A stretch of 64,000 nucleotides of DNA from an uncultured candidate division Zixibacteria bacterium (GTDB lineage: Bacteria > Zixibacteria > MSB-5A5 > GN15 > PGXB01). Below are positions 39,007 to 48,139 of this stretch, in pieces (within the stretch, counting starts at the first letter, position 1; each line of letters opens with the position of its first letter). The stretch is from NCBI GenBank assembly GCA_963702205.1, contig OY969724.1, positions 1,184,001-1,248,000 of the forward strand, read 5' to 3'. The position numbers were made by a program, and so were the translations under genes. The notes beneath the pieces are model-generated. The model was not told the origin of the DNA. It worked only from the letters and a program-made list of their open reading frames with translations, and did no database searches.

Positions 39007-40287
39007 ATGGAGTTTACGATGTCATCTTTATGGGATAAAGTCATACGGCACATTGCACATTATGGGACAATTGTCCTGATCATACTGCTTGTCTGGGGGT
39101 GCGCCGCGGTGCCGACGTTGAAGGAAGGATCGGAAGGGTCTTACCTACGGCTGCCGTTTGTCCGTGTCCTGTTGCAGAATACATCGAGTGATATAGTCGT
39201 TTCCAGCAAGGGATCGTTTTCGATCGAGTGCATGAAAGGCGGCAAAAGTTTCGTCTATTATTCCTCGCAACCGGCCGAGTTCAGTCAGTCCCGCGACGGT
39301 ATAGTGATAAGAATGGGCGGCACTCCGCTGGGTGACAGGTACGATGAAATCCTGCTGACGCCTCGCACGGGGCACAACTACCTCAAAGCATTCAACCAGA
39401 GATTCCGCGGCATGATGCGCATATTGCCCTACGGCAGCAATCTCAGACTGATAAACGTCGTGCACGTCGACGATTATCTCAAGGGGGTGGTTCCTTTGGA
39501 AATCGGATTCATCGGCGAGCCGGAACTGGAGGCGATCAAAGCTCAGGCGGTGGCGGCGCGCACGTATTCGATATCGCACCTGGAGCAGTACCCGAAAGAG
39601 CCGTACGATCTCAACGCCGACGTCAGCGATCAGGTGTATCGCGGCGTGGACGTGGAAAATACCCTGGTTAATAAAGCCGTCGACGACACACGCGGGCTCG
39701 TCATGAAATTCCACGACGAACTTATCAACGCCTATTATTTTTCAACTTGCGGCGGTACAACCGACGATATCGACGAGGTCTGGGACCGTAAGTCGGAGCC
39801 GTACCTGCGAGCCGTCCCGGACAGCGGCTTCTGCGACTGGTCAAAATATTCCGACTGGAGAGAATCGTACAGTGTCAAACAGATCATCCTGCGGCTTCAG
39901 GAGTATCTGTCGGCCGAACGCGGCAAGGTTATCCGCATCGGTCGTATCGACGATATGGAAATCACCGGTTATACAGCGGGGGGCCGGGTGGCCGATCTTA
40001 CCGTCACAACCGACATGGGGACCTTTAATTTCGGCAAAGATAAAATCCGCTGGGTGTTCACGCGCTCGTCGAATCCCGAGATGATTCTTCAATCGGCGAA
40101 ATTCAATCTCGAAAAGCAGACCGATTCGCACGGTCTTCTGACCCGGGTCGATTTTGTCGGTCATGGGTACGGTCACGGGGTCGGTATGTGCCAGACCGGG
40201 GCGATCGGGATGTCGCGTGCGGGGCGGAAATACGATACGATTCTTAAGCACTATTATTCGCATATCAACCTGGCCCAGCTCTATTGA
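39007..40287 (+). CDS. SpoIID/LytB-domain lytic transglycosylase, probable lipoprotein
   Basis: YLKGVVP.E, EAIKAQAVAARTY, DQVY.G, YFSTCGG.T, G.GHGVGMCQ.GA and IL.HYY; lipobox-like VWGC. Confidence 0.92.
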   Translation: MEFTMSSLWDKVIRHIAHYGTIVLIILLVWGCAAVPTLKEGSEGSYLRLPFVRVLLQNTSSDIVVSSKGSFSIECMKGGKSFVYYSSQPAEFSQSRDGIVIRMGGTPLGDRYDEILLTPRTGHNYLKAFNQRFRGMMRILPYGSNLRLINVVHVDDYLKGVVPLEIGFIGEPELEAIKAQAVAARTYSISHLEQYPKEPYDLNADVSDQVYRGVDVENTLVNKAVDDTRGLVMKFHDELINAYYFSTCGGTTDDIDEVWDRKSEPYLRAVPDSGFCDWSKYSDWRESYSVKQIILRLQEYLSAERGKVIRIGRIDDMEITGYTAGGRVADLTVTTDMGTFNFGKDKIRWVFTRSSNPEMILQSAKFNLEKQTDSHGLLTRVDFVGHGYGHGVGMCQTGAIGMSRAGRKYDTILKHYYSHINLAQLY

Positions 40288-40340
40288 TTTTTATTTCATA
40301 AGATATTTGCAATGTTTTCGTTCCCGATTATATTCGGGCT

Positions 40341-41462
40341 ATGTCTCTTGCTGCTTTCGGCAAAGCCGTCATATTGAACTCGCGGCAGTCACTTTACCCG
40401 TGCGGAGGTGACCCGTGGCTTGTCGCATCGAAAAACGCTCTCGATGATATTTTAGCGAATAACCTGGCTTTGCTGACTTCGGTGGGGACTCCGGCGTGGG
40501 AAATAGTCCTGCATTTGGCTTCTTTAAAAAAGATTCCTTTGACCATTATCGTGCCGCGCCAGTCCGGTGAAAATATTGACAAGACCATAATGCAATATCG
40601 CAGTGAATTTCGGCTGAATCATGATAACGTGCAATGGATTGAAATTGAAATGCAGCGCGGTTCAAGAGGCCGCGCCGGTTTTCAGAGTGAGCGCGATCAT
40701 CAGATTATGGATATGGCCGACGTTATCTATCCGGTGTCGGTCCGACCCGGAGGAAATCTGGAGAAAATATTATCGGACCAAATCGGCTGGGGGAAAGCAG
40801 TCAACCGGATATGCGAGGTCGGCTGGGGAACTTCCGGAATAAAAAAGCCGGGAAATATTAATCCCAACGAGCTTGTTACCAATATCGATGCTTTCTTTGA
40901 AAATTATATCATTCACTGGACACGGGCAGTGCATGCCCCGTGGCCGGGTGAAAATAAGCACGATTATTATAGTGCCATAGTACAATCGGACAAAGAGTAT
41001 CCCCGGTCGGCGCTGCATACTTTGACAAGAATACTTTGCGAGAGTCTATTGCGGTCATCGCCGAGACATATGCCGGCGGGCGTTGCGGCGGCTTCTTTTT
41101 CATCGCTGCCGCCGTCGCGGGCAGTGAGCCTTATGCGCTGGCGGGCACGTTACCGTGAGATGAGCCTTGAACCGTACGGTCTTGCCATAAAGCAAGCCGC
41201 GGCCGAACGGGCCGGTATAAAGAAAGCGATCTACGGCAACCGGGAGATGATCGTCTACTTAACTAAAGAAGAAAAACCGTATTTCCAAAGCCTCGGGACT
41301 ATCGGTGACTGGGAAAAAGAGAGGGAATACAGGTATTTGGGCGACCTGGATCTTCGCCGGTTTTCAGAATCAGAAATTAAAGTTATCGTGAAATATCCTT
41401 CGGAAATAGGAAAAGCCGGAACTGCGTTTGGCGGAGAGATAATTTCGTTATTGAAGGATTAA
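40341..41462 (+). CDS. Hypothetical two-domain protein: DprA/SLOG-like N-domain plus AbiGi/ADP-ribosyltransferase-like C-domain
   Basis: N-domain LLTSVGT...RD..I...AD.I..V..R.GG resembles SLOG/DprA. C-domain HWTR...L.RIL...L...SFS..P...YGLAI...DW.KEREYR resembles AbiGi/DUF2971-type proteins. Confidence 0.6.
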   Translation: MSLAAFGKAVILNSRQSLYPCGGDPWLVASKNALDDILANNLALLTSVGTPAWEIVLHLASLKKIPLTIIVPRQSGENIDKTIMQYRSEFRLNHDNVQWIEIEMQRGSRGRAGFQSERDHQIMDMADVIYPVSVRPGGNLEKILSDQIGWGKAVNRICEVGWGTSGIKKPGNINPNELVTNIDAFFENYIIHWTRAVHAPWPGENKHDYYSAIVQSDKEYPRSALHTLTRILCESLLRSSPRHMPAGVAAASFSSLPPSRAVSLMRWRARYREMSLEPYGLAIKQAAAERAGIKKAIYGNREMIVYLTKEEKPYFQSLGTIGDWEKEREYRYLGDLDLRRFSESEIKVIVKYPSEIGKAGTAFGGEIISLLKD

Positions 41463-41476
41463 AAGATTAAAACGGT

Positions 41477-42715
41477 TCAGTGCGAGCCGTGGCCATTACC
41501 AATGCCGTTGCTTTCGATAATGTCGAGATATTTCTGTGCCCAGATATCGGCCGAATGATTGGTCCGGACGTACTGATGATACCTGCGGCCGAGATTTTCC
41601 CCGTCGATTTTGCGGTCGTAAATCCGGCGGATCAGGTCGGCCAGTTCATCGGGCTTGCCGTTGGAGAAAGTCAGTGCGCCGCCGGCTTCATCGAGAAGGC
41701 GGGTGGCCTCTTTGGCCGGTGAGCCGAAAATGATCGGTTTGCCCGCGGCCATATATTCGAACATCTTGACCGGAAGAACCGATTTGGCGAAGGGTACGTC
41801 TTTAAGACAATCGATCAGGACGTCACCGGCTTTCAGGAAGTACGGAATCTCATCAAGCGGCTGCAGGCCGGTAAAAGAGACGTTGTCGAGTTTATAACGA
41901 CTGGCCAGGTTTTTATAGTCGCTCATTTTCTGACCGTCGCCGACAAAAACGAAATGGAAATGTTTCTCGTCGGCCATCATCCGCGCCGATTCGATCACCG
42001 GTTCCAGCGAGCGGACGCAGCCCATAGTCCCGCAAAACAGCACCAGGAACTTATCTTCCCAGCCGTACCTAGTACGAATACCGTTGGAATGGCTGTTGAT
42101 AAAGCTGTCGCCAACACCCGACTTGATGGTCGAAAGCTGGCCGTTGCCGAAGCCGTTTTCCCGCATCCAGTTGGTCAGACCTTCGGTGACACAGACTATT
42201 TTCCAGGCGCGCTTGTATACGAAATGCATCATTTTGCGGATCATTTCCGTCATAAACGACTTGTTGAGGCTGCCGTATTGTTCGCCCATTTCCGGCTGAA
42301 GATCCCTGATTTCGAGGACCAGCTTGCCCCGGCGCAGCCTGCTCAAGGCCCATCCGAGCAGGGCCGAAGATACCGGCGGCGACGAAGCCAGAACGATATC
42401 GAACTTTCCTCTAAGTCTAAGGCTGTTGATCAGGGTGCTTATGAAAAAAGACAAAAAGCCGATCATGCGCTTTTTGGGCTGGGCATTCGACGCCGGCAGG
42501 ACGTAAGACCTCAGAATTTCGACCCCATCCATGAACTCCCGGCAGAAAAACTTTCCCTTGTATTTTTCAGGAATTATGCCGTCGGGATAGTTGGGAATGG
42601 CCGTCATGACCGTGACATCATGTCCTTTGGCACGAAAATGACGGGCAAACTCGAAAAGTCGCCTTACCGCTCCCCTTTCAGGCGGGAAGTGCTGTGTGAT
42701 AAGTAATATTCTCAT
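41477..42715 (-). CDS. Glycosyltransferase family 4 (WbuB-like)
   Basis: ILLITQHFPPE.G, GHDVTV.T..PNYP.G, EIRDL.PE and P.K.FEYMAAGKP. Confidence 0.93.
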   Translation of the reverse strand: MRILLITQHFPPERGAVRRLFEFARHFRAKGHDVTVMTAIPNYPDGIIPEKYKGKFFCREFMDGVEILRSYVLPASNAQPKKRMIGFLSFFISTLINSLRLRGKFDIVLASSPPVSSALLGWALSRLRRGKLVLEIRDLQPEMGEQYGSLNKSFMTEMIRKMMHFVYKRAWKIVCVTEGLTNWMRENGFGNGQLSTIKSGVGDSFINSHSNGIRTRYGWEDKFLVLFCGTMGCVRSLEPVIESARMMADEKHFHFVFVGDGQKMSDYKNLASRYKLDNVSFTGLQPLDEIPYFLKAGDVLIDCLKDVPFAKSVLPVKMFEYMAAGKPIIFGSPAKEATRLLDEAGGALTFSNGKPDELADLIRRIYDRKIDGENLGRRYHQYVRTNHSADIWAQKYLDIIESNGIGNGHGSH

Positions 42716-43049
42716 CCTTGACCGAAATATAATCCTGTAATTTACTCCCGAAGGCTTTAAAAATCAATATAAAAACGGCTCAAAGGCCGCTTGTGAGGCT
42801 CTAACACAATATTTGCGAAAAGGTTTCGTGATCATTACTCCATTCCGTTCCGTCATCCTTTTCGACCCAATAAAAAAACCGTGCTCCTGCGACCGGTTAC
42901 ATTCATGCAATATCTTCTATCCTCACCCGGTTCCCTCTAAACGCGGAATTGCCTGAATGTAAATGGGATAGTCGATAATGTCAATAAGTCTTTCGGTTTT
43001 TGGCGGAAAAAACTCCGCAATTAATATAACTCTTATAATATTCAAAAGT

Positions 43050-44447
43050 TCACTTGGCAAAAATCAATACGACCCGGCGGTTTTCTTGCCTCCCTTCCTG
43101 TGTGTCGTTAGAGGCAACGAAGTTGGTTTCCCCGCGACCAACCGCCGTCAGACGAGAACCGTCGATTCCGAGACTTATCAAATATTCCCGCACGCGCCGG
43201 GCTCTCTTTTCCGACAGGGCTTTATTGTCTTCCGGCAGACCGATATTGTCGGTATAGCCGTTTATCTCGACCCGCACTCCGCCGGCAGATTTCAGAAGCT
43301 GAGCGAGGTCATCGAGCCTGACTTTGGCGTTACGGTCGACCTCGAACGACCCAGGGTCGTATTTGATGTGCAAAACCATCGGTTTGGCCAGCGGTGTCAG
43401 ATCGACACATCCGAAGGCGTCCACTTTCAAATCAGGTCTGGTATCGGGGCAGTTGTCGATGCCGTCGGGGACACCGTCGCCATCGGAGTCAATCGGGCAG
43501 CCTCGGTCGTCGACGATGGCACCGGCGGGATTGTTGGGACAGGCGTCTTTATAGTTGGGGATGCCGTCAAAATCGGCATCGACCGGACAGCCGTTGAGAT
43601 CGACCAGCCCGGCGGCGTCGCGGTCGGTATCAGGACATAAATCATACAAGTCGGGCACTCCGTCATGGTCGGAATCTTTGTCCACTCTCCCCGACGGAGA
43701 ACTTCCTGAACCGCTTCCGGCGACATTGGCTGTGGCTACCGGGGTCGACAGGATTTGAGTCGATGTCAGTTTCGGTCGGGCCGGTTTTGAGCCGCTTCCG
43801 CCTCCGAAAGAAAAGGATAAGTTCAGGCCGAGACGATAGATCCAGTTGCTCAGGCTGTCTTTGTACTCGGAGGCAAATTCCTGCCCGGTCCCGGTCAGGT
43901 AATTGATTGTCGCCAGAAGACCCAGTTTGAGACTTTTTGTGATACTATAATCCGTCCCAAGCCCGGCTGACAAGTATATTTCGCTGACGGATATATCGGT
44001 CTGCCCGCCGGTTTCGGCGGTAGTCTGCAATACTTCGCCATTGGAGGGGTCGAGCAGTTTCCAGATCGAAACGCCTCCCCCGAAAGCTCCGTGTGCGACA
44101 AGTCTGTTATTGACATGATAGATATTGCGGCGCAGAAGGAGAGTGATATCGGTCGCCTTTCTGTCGCGGGTGCGGTAATTTTTATCGGAGCCGAAAGTAA
44201 AAAGCGACGTGGCTCTCGTGTCATCGTGCAGTTTGTACCCGCCGATCGAAATTTGCGCCATCCATGCCGGCGAAAGATCGGCGCCGAGACTGATACGGTA
44301 CGCCGAACCGATGACAAAGCGGGGAGCATCACCGCCGGATAGATTTGCGAGATCACCGCCCATACCGACCGTGAAAACCGTCCCGGCCAAAACACAACCG
44401 CCGAAGCAGAGAAGCATGGCAAAAATGATAATACGCATCGCTGTCAT
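43050..44447 (-). CDS. OmpA family outer-membrane protein (beta-barrel, thrombospondin type-3 repeats, OmpA_C)
   Basis: DSD.DGVPD..D.CP repeats, GYTDNIG....N..LS..RA..V..YL and NRRV. Start likely 44447 or 44438. Confidence 0.92.
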   Translation of the reverse strand: MTAMRIIIFAMLLCFGGCVLAGTVFTVGMGGDLANLSGGDAPRFVIGSAYRISLGADLSPAWMAQISIGGYKLHDDTRATSLFTFGSDKNYRTRDRKATDITLLLRRNIYHVNNRLVAHGAFGGGVSIWKLLDPSNGEVLQTTAETGGQTDISVSEIYLSAGLGTDYSITKSLKLGLLATINYLTGTGQEFASEYKDSLSNWIYRLGLNLSFSFGGGSGSKPARPKLTSTQILSTPVATANVAGSGSGSSPSGRVDKDSDHDGVPDLYDLCPDTDRDAAGLVDLNGCPVDADFDGIPNYKDACPNNPAGAIVDDRGCPIDSDGDGVPDGIDNCPDTRPDLKVDAFGCVDLTPLAKPMVLHIKYDPGSFEVDRNAKVRLDDLAQLLKSAGGVRVEINGYTDNIGLPEDNKALSEKRARRVREYLISLGIDGSRLTAVGRGETNFVASNDTQEGRQENRRVVLIFAK

Positions 44448-44621
44448 ACTGCCAATTTCACAGACATGCAGGCTTAATGCAATAAAAAACAACACCCACG
44501 ACCAATGCCGATGATGGAAGAATAATTCGGGGCAATGCCGATTGACATACCGCCGGAAAATTGTATTTTATAATTGCGGGCTATACTAAATTTATTCACC
44601 GTAAACCATCGGGCGGTGCGA

Positions 44622-45344
44622 TTGCGAATTAAAAAGTTACATGACTGGCCGGATAAGCCACATGAAGCAAGATTAATTCAGGAAGAATTGGGCCACCTGG
44701 TAATTACTGAAATCGATGATTTCGCTTATAACATCGTCACTGCCGTCGAAACATCATACGATGACCTGTCTGGCTCGGCCTTCGCAGTGGCCGTAACGAT
44801 TGACATTTCCAATTTTACCGAGATAGAGCGGGTCCGTGCGGACGATAAAATCACGTTTCCCTATCAGCCGTCGTTTCTGAGTTTCCGCGAAGGGCCGCTT
44901 ATTTTGAAAACGCTGGAACGTCTAAGGAAACCGACCGATATATTGCTTCTGGCCGGACACGGGTTGGCGCATCCGGTTGGTTTCGGGCTGGCTTCGCACA
45001 TTGGCCTTCTGACCGATACGCCCTCGGTCGGGTGTGCCCGAAGAATTTTATGCGGGGAGTACAATGAACCCGGTGACGAGTTTGGCAGTACTTCGCCGAT
45101 CTATTTCGATGAAAAACCACGTGGGTACGCCCTGCGCAGTAGAACGGGAGTCAAACCGATATTCGTGTCGCCCGGTCATAAATGCGGTGTCGATTTCGCT
45201 TTAAAGGTGGCGCTTCGCTGCCTGAATGGTTATCGTATGCCGGGTCCGTTGAGACTGGCCCGCATGGCGGCTAACCGTCTGAAACATAAGGCCCGGCAAG
45301 ATAAAGACGAAATGACGAAAGACAAAGCGGGCCTGGTTGGCTGA
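44622..45344 (+). CDS. nfi: Endonuclease V homolog with degenerate active site
   Basis: FPYQPSFLSFREGP, G.G.AHP..FGLASHIG, P.VGCA and KPIFVSPGH. Start probably TTG 44622 (MRIKKLHDW). Metal-binding aspartates are altered. Confidence 0.85.
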   Translation: MRIKKLHDWPDKPHEARLIQEELGHLVITEIDDFAYNIVTAVETSYDDLSGSAFAVAVTIDISNFTEIERVRADDKITFPYQPSFLSFREGPLILKTLERLRKPTDILLLAGHGLAHPVGFGLASHIGLLTDTPSVGCARRILCGEYNEPGDEFGSTSPIYFDEKPRGYALRSRTGVKPIFVSPGHKCGVDFALKVALRCLNGYRMPGPLRLARMAANRLKHKARQDKDEMTKDKAGLVG

Positions 45345-45373
45345 AGCACAGGGACTTACAGGAGATTTGAAAT

Positions 45374-46561
45374 ATGGTCGATAAAGATATAATTCTCAAG
45401 CTGGCAAAAGAACTGCTCCCTTATCAGATAAATATCCGTCGCCATTTGCACCGTCACCCGGAACCGTCGTTCGAGGAATTTCAGACCACGAAGCTGCTTG
45501 AATCTGAACTTAAACGCGAAAAAATAAAGCTGGTGAAAGTCCCGACCAAAACCGGGACGGTCGGCATAATCAATCCCGGTTATAAAAAGGCCATATTGGT
45601 GCGAAGCGATATCGACGCACTCCGAATTTTCGAAAAGACCAAAGTTCCTTTCAAATCGCAGAATGCAGGTATCATGCACGCCTGCGGCCACGACGTCCAC
45701 ATGGCCACCGTCCTCGGGACGGCTGTCATTCTCAATCGTTTGTGCGATCAGATCGATTGTGCGGTCAAATTCGTTTTTCAGCATGCCGAAGAGAACCCTC
45801 CGGGTGGAGCAGTGGAGATGATCAAGGCCGGGGTGCTGAAAAAACCCGATGTCAACCTGGTTTTCGGGCTGCACGTTGATCCCGGTGTGCCGACGGGTAA
45901 GATCGGTCTCCGCGACGGCCAGACGATGGCGTCCGTTATAGATTTCGACATAACGATCAAAGGCAAGGGCGGGCACGCCGCCCGGCCCCACGACGCGGTC
46001 GACAGCATTGCGGTCGCGGCCGAAGTTATCGAATCGCTTCAGAAAATTATATCGAGGGAGCTTCGCCCGCTGGAATCGGGATTGATTTCGATCGGAACCA
46101 TCGAAGGCGGCACAGCTCGCAATGTTATTGCCGAGGAAGTCAAATTGCAGGGGACGGCCCGGACGCTTTCGGCCAGAAATTCAAAGATCATACCTAAATT
46201 GATAAGGCGAACCCTCGACGGCATCTGCAGGGCGCGCGGGGCCAAATACGATCTCGATATTTTATCCGGCTATCCGGTACTGTCGAACCACAGTCGGGCC
46301 AATGATATTTATCGCGAATGTCAGACGGCTTTGTTCGGCAAGAGGACTATGGTCGAAACGCCGCCGACTCTGGGCGGGGAAGACTTCGCCTATTACGTGG
46401 AGAAAACGCCCGGAGCGATGTTCCGTCTGGGCATCCGCAATAACAAAATCGGGGCCAATAAGTCGTGGCACGCCAGTGACTTTATGGTCGATGAAAAAGC
46501 TATCTTTTACGGGACCTCTTTGCTTTGCGCAGCGGTTTTAAGGGGAAGTGAAAAAATATAA
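45374..46561 (+). CDS. M20D family amidohydrolase
   Basis: RRHLH.HPE.SFEE, RSDIDAL, MHACGHD.H, FQ.AEE, GGHAA.PH and GEDFAYY. Confidence 0.94.
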   Translation: MVDKDIILKLAKELLPYQINIRRHLHRHPEPSFEEFQTTKLLESELKREKIKLVKVPTKTGTVGIINPGYKKAILVRSDIDALRIFEKTKVPFKSQNAGIMHACGHDVHMATVLGTAVILNRLCDQIDCAVKFVFQHAEENPPGGAVEMIKAGVLKKPDVNLVFGLHVDPGVPTGKIGLRDGQTMASVIDFDITIKGKGGHAARPHDAVDSIAVAAEVIESLQKIISRELRPLESGLISIGTIEGGTARNVIAEEVKLQGTARTLSARNSKIIPKLIRRTLDGICRARGAKYDLDILSGYPVLSNHSRANDIYRECQTALFGKRTMVETPPTLGGEDFAYYVEKTPGAMFRLGIRNNKIGANKSWHASDFMVDEKAIFYGTSLLCAAVLRGSEKI

Positions 46562-48038
46562 ATATTTTTTAAGCCTCACGGCTTTAATCTTACTCGCGGT
46601 CGGAACAAAACCGGTCCGCGCTCAAGCTTTTCCGTACCTGTCCGGGCTGGCGGTCAATTTTTCGGATTTCTCGTATGTACGAACCATAACGGCCGGATAT
46701 GAATACGCTTATTTCGGGACGACCAACGGCATCACCTGCTATAACATTTCAAATAACAAATGGGAACTGCCCCTGACGGGTATCAGCGGTCTTCTGGGGA
46801 CAGTTATTCTGAAAATCCAAACCGACCGCAACGATGAATATCTCTGGGTCCAGACGGAACTGGGGAAATTCGAATACAGCCGGACGCATGATTTCTGGAC
46901 TCAGGTCAATGAGATTCCGCCCGACGACGGTTTTGTGCACCACCTGTCACCGGAGCCGGTTTATTTTGCCCCGCAGGGATATAACTATCTTTCCAACGGG
47001 GTGCTGGCCGATTTCAACGATCATCGCTATCCGCTGACCGATATTATCGACGACGGCTGGAGCAATCTCTGGATCGGCACCTGGGGCCTGGGGGCGATTC
47101 GCGCCGATAATTCGAACTACCAGATGGAATTGCTCAACTATGGCCTGCTGTATAAGGATGTCTCCAAAATCGCCATCATGGATAACCGGGTCTGGGCGGG
47201 CGGCGATTTGCAGGAATCTCTGCGGCCCGGTCTGACGGTTTATTCTCCCGATAACAATGCTTTCGATTATGTCCTGCCCGACTATAACCTGCTCGGCTGG
47301 ATGAGCAGTGTCAACGGCTTTGCCGAAGGGCCAAACGACATTTTTGCCGCGACCGACAACGGTCTGCTTGTTGTCGGGAAAAATAGTCTTAATGCCAAAG
47401 ATCTGCTCCGGCTCCCGAATCGCACGGCGGTCTATGATATTGTCAATTGTGTTGCGACCAGAGGCGATTCGATTTTTGTTGGTCTTACCTATGGCGTGGC
47501 CTTGATTTATCCCTACGGCGATTCGATTTCCTTCGACCATGCCCTGCTTCTTCCGGATTTGACCATTTACACCCTCGAAAATATCAACGATGCGCTGTGG
47601 ATAGGGACCAATCGTGGAGTATACCGGCTGGATTACAAGAGCGGCAAGCTGGAACAATTGAATATTTGGCAAGTGTCGGGTCCGACCGACGTTTATGATA
47701 TATCTGCCGGTCCCAATAAAATCTGGATCGCCACCGGGGAAAACCTGGTCGCGATCGATCCCAGGACCGGGGACGTAACCGATTACCCGGAAGTCTACAA
47801 TTACGGCGGTGTGCGTTCGGTCGATTCACAGGGGGACATCGTCGCGGCCGCGACCGGTGACGGGCTGCTGTTATACTTTTTCGGGAAAAAGAAATATCAT
47901 AATTATTTGTATACTGAAAACGACGGGTTGCCGTCGAATAATATCAAGGCGGTGAGATTCGACGGCGATTATCTCTGGATCGGTTCCGACCAGGGGCTGA
48001 CTCGTTTCTGGCACCGCCATCCCGGTTTATATCACTAA
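46548..48038 (+). CDS. Secreted beta-propeller protein (two-component regulator propeller-like)
   Basis: Signal peptide, repeated LWIGT/WIAT..G blades and DGLPSNNI. Confidence 0.75.
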   Translation: MKKYKYFLSLTALILLAVGTKPVRAQAFPYLSGLAVNFSDFSYVRTITAGYEYAYFGTTNGITCYNISNNKWELPLTGISGLLGTVILKIQTDRNDEYLWVQTELGKFEYSRTHDFWTQVNEIPPDDGFVHHLSPEPVYFAPQGYNYLSNGVLADFNDHRYPLTDIIDDGWSNLWIGTWGLGAIRADNSNYQMELLNYGLLYKDVSKIAIMDNRVWAGGDLQESLRPGLTVYSPDNNAFDYVLPDYNLLGWMSSVNGFAEGPNDIFAATDNGLLVVGKNSLNAKDLLRLPNRTAVYDIVNCVATRGDSIFVGLTYGVALIYPYGDSISFDHALLLPDLTIYTLENINDALWIGTNRGVYRLDYKSGKLEQLNIWQVSGPTDVYDISAGPNKIWIATGENLVAIDPRTGDVTDYPEVYNYGGVRSVDSQGDIVAAATGDGLLLYFFGKKKYHNYLYTENDGLPSNNIKAVRFDGDYLWIGSDQGLTRFWHRHPGLYH

Positions 48039-48139
48039 TTATTGCCACAGATAAATTTACAGGTTGATGACCGCAAAATATTTGGTTATTTTGTATTAAT
48101 CTAACCTGTCGGCGAATTTGACGTATATAGGGGATAAGT

